Made by a program: the position numbers and the translations under genes
Shown: positions 19,422 to 27,437 of the stretch, one piece after another
How the letters are laid out: each line of letters starts with the position of its first letter
How positions within the stretch are numbered: position 1 is the stretch's first letter
Notes under the pieces: generated by a model
Databases searched by the model: none
Told to the model about the DNA's origin: nothing
The model's input: only the letters and a program-made list of their open reading frames with translations
Origin: a virus
Lineage: Duplodnaviria; Caudoviricetes
Length of the DNA stretch: 58,591 nt
Virus record (IMG/VR): IMGVR_UViG_3300032893_000050
Span: 1-58,591 of that record
Reading direction: 5' to 3' (one strand)

Positions 19422-20240
19422 ATGACCATGGACCATGCTCCGTATGCGGGCGACGTCGACGTCTTCGGCAAGCTCGTCCTAGATCCGGTCCCGAAATACC
19501 AGGACGGGATCAATCCTGACGAGCAGGCGATCGGAGACCCGAGCCTGGTCGTGATCGGCGAGTTCATCCGCGCCGTCATGGTGGCACGCCTGAGCGATGC
19601 ATGGTCGGACATCAACAAGCCGTCCATCGGCGGTGGAACTCCTGTTGTCAAGACGATCAGCTACAACAACCCCGAAGACAATACGTTCAACAGCAAGGAC
19701 TTGCCGGGCCTCTACGTGTTCATGCCACGGGACAAGCCGGACAAGCACGAACGCTACGCTGACTGTCAGTTCTGGCGCATCCGGTACGTGACGGTCCTGT
19801 GGATACCGCCGCAGCGCGACCAAGTGCAACGCGCAGACCGCAGCCCATTCTTCAACGCGGTTTCTTCAGCAGTTCGCGGCGCTCTGTGCTTGGACCGATT
19901 CCCTGGATATGTCATCGAGGGCGACACCGACCCCTACGCGGCCACGTGGGGTTCATCCCTGATGATCAATGCTGGGCTCTCGAAAGAAGTGGCCGCCGAT
20001 GACGATATCGAATTCAATGTCGTGGACGTCAAAATCGACATGCCCAAGGTGCCCGGTTCCAAAGATGGGACCTGGGAAGGAGCGCGGTTCAATCTGCGCA
20101 TCTACGAGGACTTGGACGTTTCGATGACGCGTCGTAACGCGTATGCGCCACCGAAGCTTGACGCGACCATCACCGAGAACCCGGACCGGACTGTCGAGCA
20201 GTTCGGATACGTGAGCGAGACCGCTGGAATACCGACATGA
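19422..20240 (+). CDS. Probable tail completion / terminator protein
   Basis: DLPGLYVF; position in neck module. Confidence 0.5.
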   Translation: MTMDHAPYAGDVDVFGKLVLDPVPKYQDGINPDEQAIGDPSLVVIGEFIRAVMVARLSDAWSDINKPSIGGGTPVVKTISYNNPEDNTFNSKDLPGLYVFMPRDKPDKHERYADCQFWRIRYVTVLWIPPQRDQVQRADRSPFFNAVSSAVRGALCLDRFPGYVIEGDTDPYAATWGSSLMINAGLSKEVAADDDIEFNVVDVKIDMPKVPGSKDGTWEGARFNLRIYEDLDVSMTRRNAYAPPKLDATITENPDRTVEQFGYVSETAGIPT

Positions 20241-20458
20241 ACTGGGAAAAGCAAGTTCCCGAGCTGCAACTCACCATCGATGACCCCGACGCTTCCGGCA
20301 TTGGGCGACGGCAATCAACGGTGTTTCGCAAGCTCGCCGTGCAGCGCATTCCAGGTCTTACCAAGCAGGTCACGATTCACACGGTGGTCGGGAACCTGGG
20401 CCTGCAGATTCTGGGCGCCGCTTACCAGCAGCAATGTTCCACACTACCTTCGAACTAG
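20237..20458 (+). CDS. Hypothetical protein
   Basis: ATGA overlap with upstream gene. Confidence 0.4.
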   Translation: MNWEKQVPELQLTIDDPDASGIGRRQSTVFRKLAVQRIPGLTKQVTIHTVVGNLGLQILGAAYQQQCSTLPSN

Positions 20459-20997
20459 ACAAGACGGGCCTGCGCGAAGCCGGCGAGGCAATTACGCGAG
20501 GACTCAAGCATCTAGTCGAGACGTCTGTCACGGAAGCGGGAGAGATTGCCCGGGACGTCGCAAGACAGGGCAACTTCAAGGACAGGACCGGCGAGCTGCG
20601 CCGAACCATCTACACGAAGCCGCTGGGGTGGTCGGGCGAGACCTTCTGGGCGCTCATACATGCCCCGGCAAGGGGCGTCAACGGATACTACGCGTTGTTT
20701 GTCGAGGAAGACACCAAGGCCCACGACATCTGGCCAAAGGCTGCTCACGGGTTTACGGGTCCGCTCCGCAGTGGCCAAACGAGACGCGCAAGCGGCCGCG
20801 GTCCCCATGAGCACATCGTCGGCCGTGGGCAAGCCCTGCGCTGGGTCGATGCTGGTGAAGAGCACTTCGCTAGAATGGTCCACCACCCCGGTACGCAGGG
20901 GCGCCACTTCATGGCAGACGGCGCCCACACGGCAGAAATCTGGCTTCGTGCACGCATCCAAAACGGATTCGCGGGTCTGCAAGCGGTCCTGAATTAG
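20434..20997 (+). CDS. Neck protein, HK97 gp10 / Mu gpG-like
   Basis: DRTGELRRTI, YALFVEEDTKAHDI, VHHPGTQGRHFM. Confidence 0.8.
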   Translation: MFHTTFELDKTGLREAGEAITRGLKHLVETSVTEAGEIARDVARQGNFKDRTGELRRTIYTKPLGWSGETFWALIHAPARGVNGYYALFVEEDTKAHDIWPKAAHGFTGPLRSGQTRRASGRGPHEHIVGRGQALRWVDAGEEHFARMVHHPGTQGRHFMADGAHTAEIWLRARIQNGFAGLQAVLN

Positions 20998-21017
20998 TTA
21001 TCCACAAGGGATTCTCA

Positions 21018-21482
21018 ATGGCATTACCTGTCAAGACACTATCGGTTTACTCGAATCCGTGGGCGGCCACGGACCATGAGGGGCGCCCGTCTGGGGCGTT
21101 TCCACACGACGTTTCCTTGCCAGGAATGGCAGGGCGCTACGTCAGCGCGACCATGCAGGCGATCGAAACGCAGCCACAGGTCACCCGAACAATCGGCACC
21201 ATGACTGAGATTCTAAATCATGCTCAACATGACCGCACATGGGACTTCAGCGACCAAGCAGTAACGGTGCCGAACTCGCCCTACTACATGCGCGCCATCA
21301 AGGACGGGACACTGTTTCCTGCCAATGAGCAGACCGCGCAACAGGCTGGACTCAAGCTCCTGAGCCGCGCCGGATACCTGAAGGCCGCGCGAGCCGCCGC
21401 CAAGGCTGAATTCGACGCCATGCACGGCGCCGGCACGTTTGACTCGGTCAACCCACCCGAACCTGCAAAGGCGGACAAATAA
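21018..21482 (+). CDS. DUF2635-like protein preceding sheath
   Basis: VPNSPYYMRAIKDGTL. Confidence 0.55.
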   Translation: MALPVKTLSVYSNPWAATDHEGRPSGAFPHDVSLPGMAGRYVSATMQAIETQPQVTRTIGTMTEILNHAQHDRTWDFSDQAVTVPNSPYYMRAIKDGTLFPANEQTAQQAGLKLLSRAGYLKAARAAAKAEFDAMHGAGTFDSVNPPEPAKADK

Positions 21483-22978
21483 TGACTATCTCGATCGTTG
21501 GCTTCACGAGCGACGACAAGGTACCGGGCGTTTATGGGCAGACCTCATACGGGTCTGGTCGCATTAGCGTCGGCGAATTTCCGGTCAAGTTGCTCATCAC
21601 TGGCAACAAGACCAGCGCTGGGTCCATGACTGCCGACTCGGACATTTCGCAAATCATCAGCGCGGATGACGCCGATGCCAAGCTAGGCGCCGGATCTGAG
21701 GCGGCAATCCAGGCCTACGCGGCCTTGGCAATCGACGGAGTGACCCTGTACGCGGCACCGGTCGCGGAAGCTACTGGCGGCGCCGCTGGAGCGATCACCA
21801 TCCTGATTGGCGGCACTTGGTCCACGACTGGCCAGATTGATTTCAAGCTACATGGGCGCCAGTACTCGGTCGGGATTGCAGCCACCGACTTGGTCGCAGA
21901 CGTGGGCGGGAAGATTCGGGACATCTTCAACTCGAACGCACGCAGCCCCGTTACAGCAACCTTCGACACCCAGACGACCACGCTCACGACAAAGAGCAAA
22001 GGCATTCGGGCCAATCAGTACAACCTTTACTGCGACAAGTCTCGAGTTCCAACGGGTCTTACGGTCACGATTACGGGCGGGACAGCGTCTCACACGGGAG
22101 CGCGGTCACTCACGCCGTTTGCGAGTGGCGCCGGTACGGACTCGGTCACGAACGTTGTGGCTCTCCTGCAGGCGGACGTTTACGACTTCATCGCGTCGGC
22201 CCAGAACGATTCCACGAATGCGGCCGCCTGGAAGACCCATGTTGAGTCCGAGTGCTCAGCGACCATAGGTCACCTCGAGCATGTCATGTTTGCGCTCAAC
22301 GGCACGTCGGCTGGCGCTATCTCGCTGGCTGGCACGACCCTCAATAGCCAGCGCGGTGCCCTCGTGTGGCTGCAGAACGGCGAGAGCCACCCTGCTGCCA
22401 TGGTAGCGACCGCGGCCGCCATCAGGGCCACCCTGAGCCCGCAGAACCCCAACACCAACTACGACAAGATGGTGCTATCAGGCATCGCCCCGCAGTCCTT
22501 CCCATCGGACGTTCCGTCGCACGGGACCATGAAGACGCTGCTGAACAGTGGCGTGACCCCGCTCAAGACGGACGGCTCGAATGTCCGGATCGTCGGCGGC
22601 ATCGGGACCCACTGTCTCAACGGCACATCGCCCGATTACCGAACGTTCACGTGGGGCGACTCGGACACGCCGGATCGCACCCGCAAGGAACTGTCGGCAC
22701 TTTGGGTCGGGGTCGCGCAGAGCAATCCGTGGAACGGAGCAGATCCGCCTCCCGGAACCCTTGCAAACGAAGGCGTCATCACCCCCAACCAGTGGAACGC
22801 CATCGTCCTTGAGGAACTCAAGCGCGAAGAGAAACTCAACTGGATTCAGGACGTCGACACGAACCTGCCGCACAGCGAGTTCGATACGTCTCGCAAGTGC
22901 ATCATGACCGGCGCACCCGTCGTGGTCCGGAGTCAAACCTGGCAGCTAGGCGTTCTCGTCATGCAGACGGCCGCTTAA
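21482..22978 (+). CDS. Contractile tail sheath (Mu gpL-like)
   Basis: KVPGVY, KLGAGS, LLNSGVTPL, ITP...WIQDVD. Confidence 0.92.
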   Translation: MTISIVGFTSDDKVPGVYGQTSYGSGRISVGEFPVKLLITGNKTSAGSMTADSDISQIISADDADAKLGAGSEAAIQAYAALAIDGVTLYAAPVAEATGGAAGAITILIGGTWSTTGQIDFKLHGRQYSVGIAATDLVADVGGKIRDIFNSNARSPVTATFDTQTTTLTTKSKGIRANQYNLYCDKSRVPTGLTVTITGGTASHTGARSLTPFASGAGTDSVTNVVALLQADVYDFIASAQNDSTNAAAWKTHVESECSATIGHLEHVMFALNGTSAGAISLAGTTLNSQRGALVWLQNGESHPAAMVATAAAIRATLSPQNPNTNYDKMVLSGIAPQSFPSDVPSHGTMKTLLNSGVTPLKTDGSNVRIVGGIGTHCLNGTSPDYRTFTWGDSDTPDRTRKELSALWVGVAQSNPWNGADPPPGTLANEGVITPNQWNAIVLEELKREEKLNWIQDVDTNLPHSEFDTSRKCIMTGAPVVVRSQTWQLGVLVMQTAA

Positions 22979-22990
22979 AGGAGCATCAAA

Positions 22991-23368
22991 ATGGCATATC
23001 GTGGCTACTCTGTATACTTGAACGGAACCCGGGTCGTCCAGGCCGAGAATGCATCACTGAAATGGATGTCGAACTCGGAATCGGTCATCACCGATGAGGG
23101 GTACCAGGGCGAAACCGAAGCCCACCAGACCTGCGAGATCACCCTCGACAAGGCGGTTCCCGCTGAGGGAGACCAGGCCCACATCATGCTCCTGGACATG
23201 CTTGCGAACAAGCAAGACCAGAACATATCGATAGGAATTCTCGGCGGCGAAATTCTACAGAGCAAGTTCAAGGTCGTTGACTCGACGTTCACGTCGGACA
23301 TGGCCAAGCAGCTCACCAAAGGTTCAATCACGTTACGCGGCAAAATTCCGAAACGAATCAGCCTGTAA
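22991..23368 (+). CDS. Tail tube protein
   Basis: 125 aa, beta-rich, follows sheath; AAGGAG RBS. Confidence 0.75.
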   Translation: MAYRGYSVYLNGTRVVQAENASLKWMSNSESVITDEGYQGETEAHQTCEITLDKAVPAEGDQAHIMLLDMLANKQDQNISIGILGGEILQSKFKVVDSTFTSDMAKQLTKGSITLRGKIPKRISL

Positions 23369-23385
23369 CATAGGAGCAATCCGCC

Positions 23386-24093
23386 ATGAGTAAGATGCGC
23401 GATCTAATGCGAGGGACGCGCGCAATACATGTCGTAGAGCTTCCGCTCGTCAACGTCCCCAACGCGGGAGCGGAACCGTCGCCAGAGCTCGACGAAGCGC
23501 GCAAGCGCGACGCCGAGGCACTGGGCACAACCGTCGAGCAGCTACCCGTCAAGGCCCGCGTGGGTCTGCGGGTGCTGCTGCCGAGGCAGTGGCTTGACGT
23601 CCAGACTGCCGCTAGGGCGCTGGCAGTCGAGCGCGGAAACCCGAACCCGACCGAGGATGACCCGAACTACAACCTCGGCACGCAGGTCAACACGCTAGCC
23701 CGTGCGTGCGTGGACCCCGACAGTAATCCGTCGGATCCAGACCTATTCTTCGGCGACGGCAAGACCATCGAGTCAGCCGTCAAAGACCTGCTGGATAACG
23801 AGCACCTGACCCGCGATTCGCTCACGTACCTGTGCGACGAGTGGGAGTGGTGGAACGACCGCGTCAATCCGCAAATCAAGAACCTGTCAGACCACGAGAG
23901 GCTGGCCTTCATCGGTCGCATGGTGGAGACGCCAGACATTTTTTTATCATTGCGGCCGGGTGTGCAACGCAGCTTAGCGCATTTTATGGCCGTCCAGCTG
24001 TGGAGCTTGTCGATGCTCAGCTCGGAATCTGGTGGTGGCTCAACCACATCTACACTGAGTGGTCCGAAACCGGAAAGCTCCCTGCTGCAGTGA
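23386..24093 (+). CDS. Tail assembly chaperone (gpG-like)
   Basis: Follows tube gene; contains slippery heptamer. Confidence 0.7.
   Translation: MSKMRDLMRGTRAIHVVELPLVNVPNAGAEPSPELDEARKRDAEALGTTVEQLPVKARVGLRVLLPRQWLDVQTAARALAVERGNPNPTEDDPNYNLGTQVNTLARACVDPDSNPSDPDLFFGDGKTIESAVKDLLDNEHLTRDSLTYLCDEWEWWNDRVNPQIKNLSDHERLAFIGRMVETPDIFLSLRPGVQRSLAHFMAVQLWSLSMLSSESGGGSTTSTLSGPKPESSLLQ
23940..23946 (+). other. Programmed -1 frameshift site T TTT TTA, giving a gpGT-like product ending at 24140
   Basis: In-frame X XXY YYZ heptamer; -1 frame (ORF 23832..24140) is open and protein-like. Confidence 0.7.
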
Positions 24094-24102
24094 AGGCGCG
24101 CA

Positions 24103-24642
24103 ATGGGGACCTACAGGCAACTGACGGCAAAGCGCAATGAGGTAGCCGCACCTCCTGCGCAGCTAAAGATCAACAACGCCGAGATTTGCGGCGACTACAA
24201 GACCATCACGGGCGAGCCGCGCCCAAAAGGCGACCTGATTGTTGGCATTCGAATACCCACGGAAGCAGACGATCATCAATCACGCAAAGCAGCCGAAGAT
24301 AAAGGCGGCGACTCGATCCGAGAATACAACCGACAGCTAGTCATCCTGCACTGCGCGAGAGCCATATGCGATCCTAACGATATCTCCAAGTGCCATCCAG
24401 ACTTTACGATGCCCGATCAGCAGCTACCACTCGTGCTTACGAGTAGCTGTCTCGACAGAATTTTCGACTATGTTGAGCGGCTCAGAATCGAGCAGAGCCC
24501 GGTATTCCCCGAAGCTACAGACCAGGAACTGGCGGAACTGGGCCATCTCATCTGCACGGCGAATTGCCTAGACGAGCTCACGTCGGCGCGCGAGGTTAGG
24601 TTCCGGAAGCTGTGTCGGTTCCTGCTGGATCAGATTCAGTGA
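24103..24642 (+). CDS. Second tail-chaperone-like protein (apparent paralog of 23386..24093)
   Basis: ARAICDPN vs ARACVDPD; LTSSCLDRIFD vs LTRDSLTYLCD. Confidence 0.55.
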   Translation: MGTYRQLTAKRNEVAAPPAQLKINNAEICGDYKTITGEPRPKGDLIVGIRIPTEADDHQSRKAAEDKGGDSIREYNRQLVILHCARAICDPNDISKCHPDFTMPDQQLPLVLTSSCLDRIFDYVERLRIEQSPVFPEATDQELAELGHLICTANCLDELTSAREVRFRKLCRFLLDQIQ

Positions 24643-24674
24643 AGCCCCTGGTGTTAGCACCGGGGGCTTTTGTT
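24642..24674. terminator. Intrinsic terminator between convergent genes
   Basis: aagcccctggtg-ttag-caccgggggctt followed by ttgtt. Confidence 0.8.
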
Positions 24675-24690
24675 CATGTTGCGATTCCAC

Positions 24691-25044
24691 TCATCGCTCA
24701 ACCACAGCGTTCTGAATCATCGGCGTAGAACTCAGGAACGCTCCGGTTAGTCTGGGCGATTCGTGATCATGCTCTGTAATGACGGCGCACGGGACTTCTC
24801 CGCCATCGACGGCTCGTTGCCCATTCGAATCTAGATAGATGGTCCCGACCAAGCTCCCGTCAGGGCTCACTTCTACACTGACAACATCACCAATGAACGT
24901 CGGGTTCTTCCGGTAGAATTCGTAAGGCCCAAGCGTCACCGCAACCGGAGCACTGAAATTGTCGTGAGCTGATCGGATATACTCGGTAGTTATCCGGGTT
25001 CCGTCGTTCACCACGAGTCCTAGCGTGAGTAGTTTGACTTTCAT
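24691..25044 (-). CDS. Degenerate prohead-protease-like protein
   Basis: Colinear motifs with the protease domain of 13237..16437; ATGA overlap. Confidence 0.55.
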   Translation of the reverse strand: MKVKLLTLGLVVNDGTRITTEYIRSAHDNFSAPVAVTLGPYEFYRKNPTFIGDVVSVEVSPDGSLVGTIYLDSNGQRAVDGGEVPCAVITEHDHESPRLTGAFLSSTPMIQNAVVER

Positions 25045-25424
25045 CGTTTCTCCTTCACGTCTTTGACCCATTCAACGATGGGATCACCAAGGCTATCAAA
25101 CCCAGTTATCCAGCCTTGCGCTTTTTGATATTCAAGAACATTCGAAAGAACTTCCGCGACAGGTATAGTCATGGTCGGGCATTCGGATATCTTCCGCTTG
25201 CTCTCGTACGCGATAATGCGTCTTCTGGTCCAAACGTATTCGAGTAGTCGAAGCATGCGACCGAGCCACATGTCTAAGGTTTCCCGGTCGTCTTCCATGA
25301 GTGTCATCTGCACGGCATGGCAATACAACTGGTCCCACCGCGCGATGTCGTCGAACGTTTCGGGTCCGCTCACGAGCAGGCGCGCGTCTTCTGGGTCTAG
25401 TCCGCTGGTGTCGATGTCAATCAT
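25041..25424 (-). CDS. Hypothetical protein; C-terminal half resembles sheath C-terminal helices
   Basis: TLDMW...VLEYQKAQGWITGFD; ATGA overlaps. Confidence 0.5.
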   Translation of the reverse strand: MIDIDTSGLDPEDARLLVSGPETFDDIARWDQLYCHAVQMTLMEDDRETLDMWLGRMLRLLEYVWTRRRIIAYESKRKISECPTMTIPVAEVLSNVLEYQKAQGWITGFDSLGDPIVEWVKDVKEKR

Positions 25425-25597
25425 CTGTCTATCTTTACTTGTGTCGTGTCAATAACATCACAGGTTTCGGGGTCCCACATGTAGCGGTCATGGCTGTCCT
25501 CCAGAGCGATTCCTACTGCTCCCGGAGGAAGACGCGTCGGGTTCAGGTCAATCAGAACAACCTGCTCTTGTTCTGGCGGATCAAAGTTTCCGATCAT
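25421..25597 (-). CDS. 58-aa ORF absent from the ORF track (MIGNFDPPEQ...AVGIALEDS...VKIDR)
   Basis: Manually translated; ATGA overlaps at both ends. Confidence 0.6.
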   Translation of the reverse strand: MIGNFDPPEQEQVVLIDLNPTRLPPGAVGIALEDSHDRYMWDPETCDVIDTTQVKIDR

Positions 25598-25938
25598 AGC
25601 TTAGCAACTCCCTTCAGCGGCCTGCCGTCAACGCAGAATTCGCCAGTTTGCCTGTCCAGTTGGATGCGCGACGGGTCGACCCTAACGTTTCGTTTGCTCA
25701 CGTCTGGATCGGTAATTTCCTCGAACCCAGCAACGCCGAATAGAGCCAAGTCGAGTTCGCATTGTGAACGAACCGATTCAGGAAAGTAGGTAGATGGCTC
25801 CAGCATCTGAACCGCTTTCTTGAGGCAGTCGAGGCAAATCTTGTACGACGCGGGGTCACACTCATGTGCCCCACATGTCCCTATTAGGAGCGGTTTGAAG
25901 TCACATTCGCTGCATTGGCAATCTTTGATTCGTTCCAC
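25594..25938 (-). CDS. Zinc finger fused to portal-like segment
   Basis: CSEC...CLDC; DLALFGVAGFEE...VDPSRI; AAAGGAG RBS. Confidence 0.55.
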   Translation of the reverse strand: MERIKDCQCSECDFKPLLIGTCGAHECDPASYKICLDCLKKAVQMLEPSTYFPESVRSQCELDLALFGVAGFEEITDPDVSKRNVRVDPSRIQLDRQTGEFCVDGRPLKGVAKL

Positions 25939-25941
25939 GTG

Positions 25942-26358
25942 CTACTCTCCTTTGATGTCAACCCCATTGCATCTTCCGCGAAGCCTCCCGATCACGTGAT
26001 ACCAGTCTGTCCCCTCGGGAAGCTTCTTGCACTCGTCATAGGCCCAACTCGATAACAGGAGCGTTGCGCCGCGAATCTCCCAGTGCTGCACGGCGCCGTC
26101 GTCAAGCGTCTTCGGTAACCGATCGACGACTTTGCAGATGAGCGTATCGGGTTGGTACGGCTGATTCTGCATCTCGGCTACAGCTGCCTTGATGTCATCG
26201 ATTGGGTCCGATCTAACGGGCCACGGCGAGGCGGCAGCGAACGTGGACAGCGGAGGAACGGGGTGCAGTGGTTGACCGATTGCGTCAATCAGGCGAACTT
26301 CATCGGACGGTGGAGTGATGATTACGGCCCCCGGTGGCAGCTTCTCGATTCTATGCAT
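25942..26358 (-). CDS. Hypothetical protein with capsid-like SDPxxDI...P.TLI segment
   Basis: WPVRSDPIDDIKAAVAEMQNQPYQPDTLI. Confidence 0.55.
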   Translation of the reverse strand: MHRIEKLPPGAVIITPPSDEVRLIDAIGQPLHPVPPLSTFAAASPWPVRSDPIDDIKAAVAEMQNQPYQPDTLICKVVDRLPKTLDDGAVQHWEIRGATLLLSSWAYDECKKLPEGTDWYHVIGRLRGRCNGVDIKGE

Positions 26359-26674
26359 CCTTCACCACCTTCAGTTTGAACCGACTCGGCTTGTAGAAGC
26401 ATTGCATCTCGGCGTGATTGTAACCGCTGCAGATTGTCACGAATGCGGGTCCTTTCTCGTCCTGCGTGATGCACTGCCCATTGGTTCCGCGGTTTATGTC
26501 CAGATGTTCGCACTGCGCGCATGACTCGAACATCGCCAGGGCCTTGAACAGGCAAGCGGGGCAGAGCTCGACGTAGTCCCCGGTATCCTCGAATTGCATT
26601 ACTCGAGCAACATCTCGATTGCATTCCGAGCACGTAAAGTTTGACGACAGAAGCTCGCGGTTCAGTAGTTTCAT
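26351..26674 (-). CDS. Cys-rich zinc-finger protein
   Basis: CSEC, CPAC, CAQC; ATGA overlap. Confidence 0.6.
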   Translation of the reverse strand: MKLLNRELLSSNFTCSECNRDVARVMQFEDTGDYVELCPACLFKALAMFESCAQCEHLDINRGTNGQCITQDEKGPAFVTICSGYNHAEMQCFYKPSRFKLKVVKDA

Positions 26675-27006
26675 CTCATCTCCGTCCAATGAGTAAGCTT
26701 TGCCTTTGACTCGGCTGCCTTGATAGTCGCGAGTCGGAATTGACCAGCCTTGAACTCGCCTGATCCAATGAACCATCCGCAATTTACCAGCGAAATGTCC
26801 TTGAACTGGACTAGTTCAATCACCGTCATCAGCGGCCCTCCAGACTTGAGCTGGACCACGTCTCCGGGTTGAAACGGCTTCGGTTCGTCGGGAGGCGGAT
26901 CGGGTTGTTCAAACTGCTTAGTTTCATCGGAGGGCGGATCAGGTTGCGGATCGACCTGCGTCCCGTCATCGTGTAGCCATGTGCGACTGATTGGATAGAA
27001 TTTCAT
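26671..27006 (-). CDS. YodC / DUF2158 family protein with Pro-rich duplicated linker
   Basis: FQPGDVVQLKSGGPLMTV...CGWF. Confidence 0.85.
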   Translation of the reverse strand: MKFYPISRTWLHDDGTQVDPQPDPPSDETKQFEQPDPPPDEPKPFQPGDVVQLKSGGPLMTVIELVQFKDISLVNCGWFIGSGEFKAGQFRLATIKAAESKAKLTHWTEMR

Positions 27007-27296
27007 TGTCTGAATCTCCAATTTCTCCGTTGTTTCTTGGATGAATACTTGAAGCTATTGCCGATGCGGTATGCCGTATCGACGACTTCATGCGGTACTA
27101 ATCGCGGACAGAGTTCTGTGACCATTTCGCGTACGATTAACTGAGGATCTTGATCTTGTCCAATGATCCTTTTTGCTTGTCTGCCGTTGAATTCTAGCAA
27201 TAGAACTAAAGATCCACTCGGTCCTCTGAGAGGATCAAAGTATTCTTTCGGTGCGCATCCAGGCAGCAAGCTTTCAGCATAGCTCATCAGATTCAT
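27003..27296 (-). CDS. Hypothetical protein
   Basis: AGAGGA RBS; ATGA overlap with next gene. Confidence 0.55.
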   Translation of the reverse strand: MNLMSYAESLLPGCAPKEYFDPLRGPSGSLVLLLEFNGRQAKRIIGQDQDPQLIVREMVTELCPRLVPHEVVDTAYRIGNSFKYSSKKQRRNWRFRQ

Positions 27297-27437
27297 CCGA
27301 AATTTCCTCTTGCGACAGCGAAAAATCCGTTCATGCTTTCCGTGCAGGTGTTTCCAAGTGCTCCTGCCAGGGCCAGGACGTGTCGCAGCGTCGCTGGCCC
27401 GATTACTTTGACCCGTCAGCCATCCTGAGCGCAACCA

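Noticed and set aside
25447-25452. Minus-strand TTGACA promoter
   Set aside because: Lies inside the coupled 58-aa ORF and lacks a well-spaced -10 box
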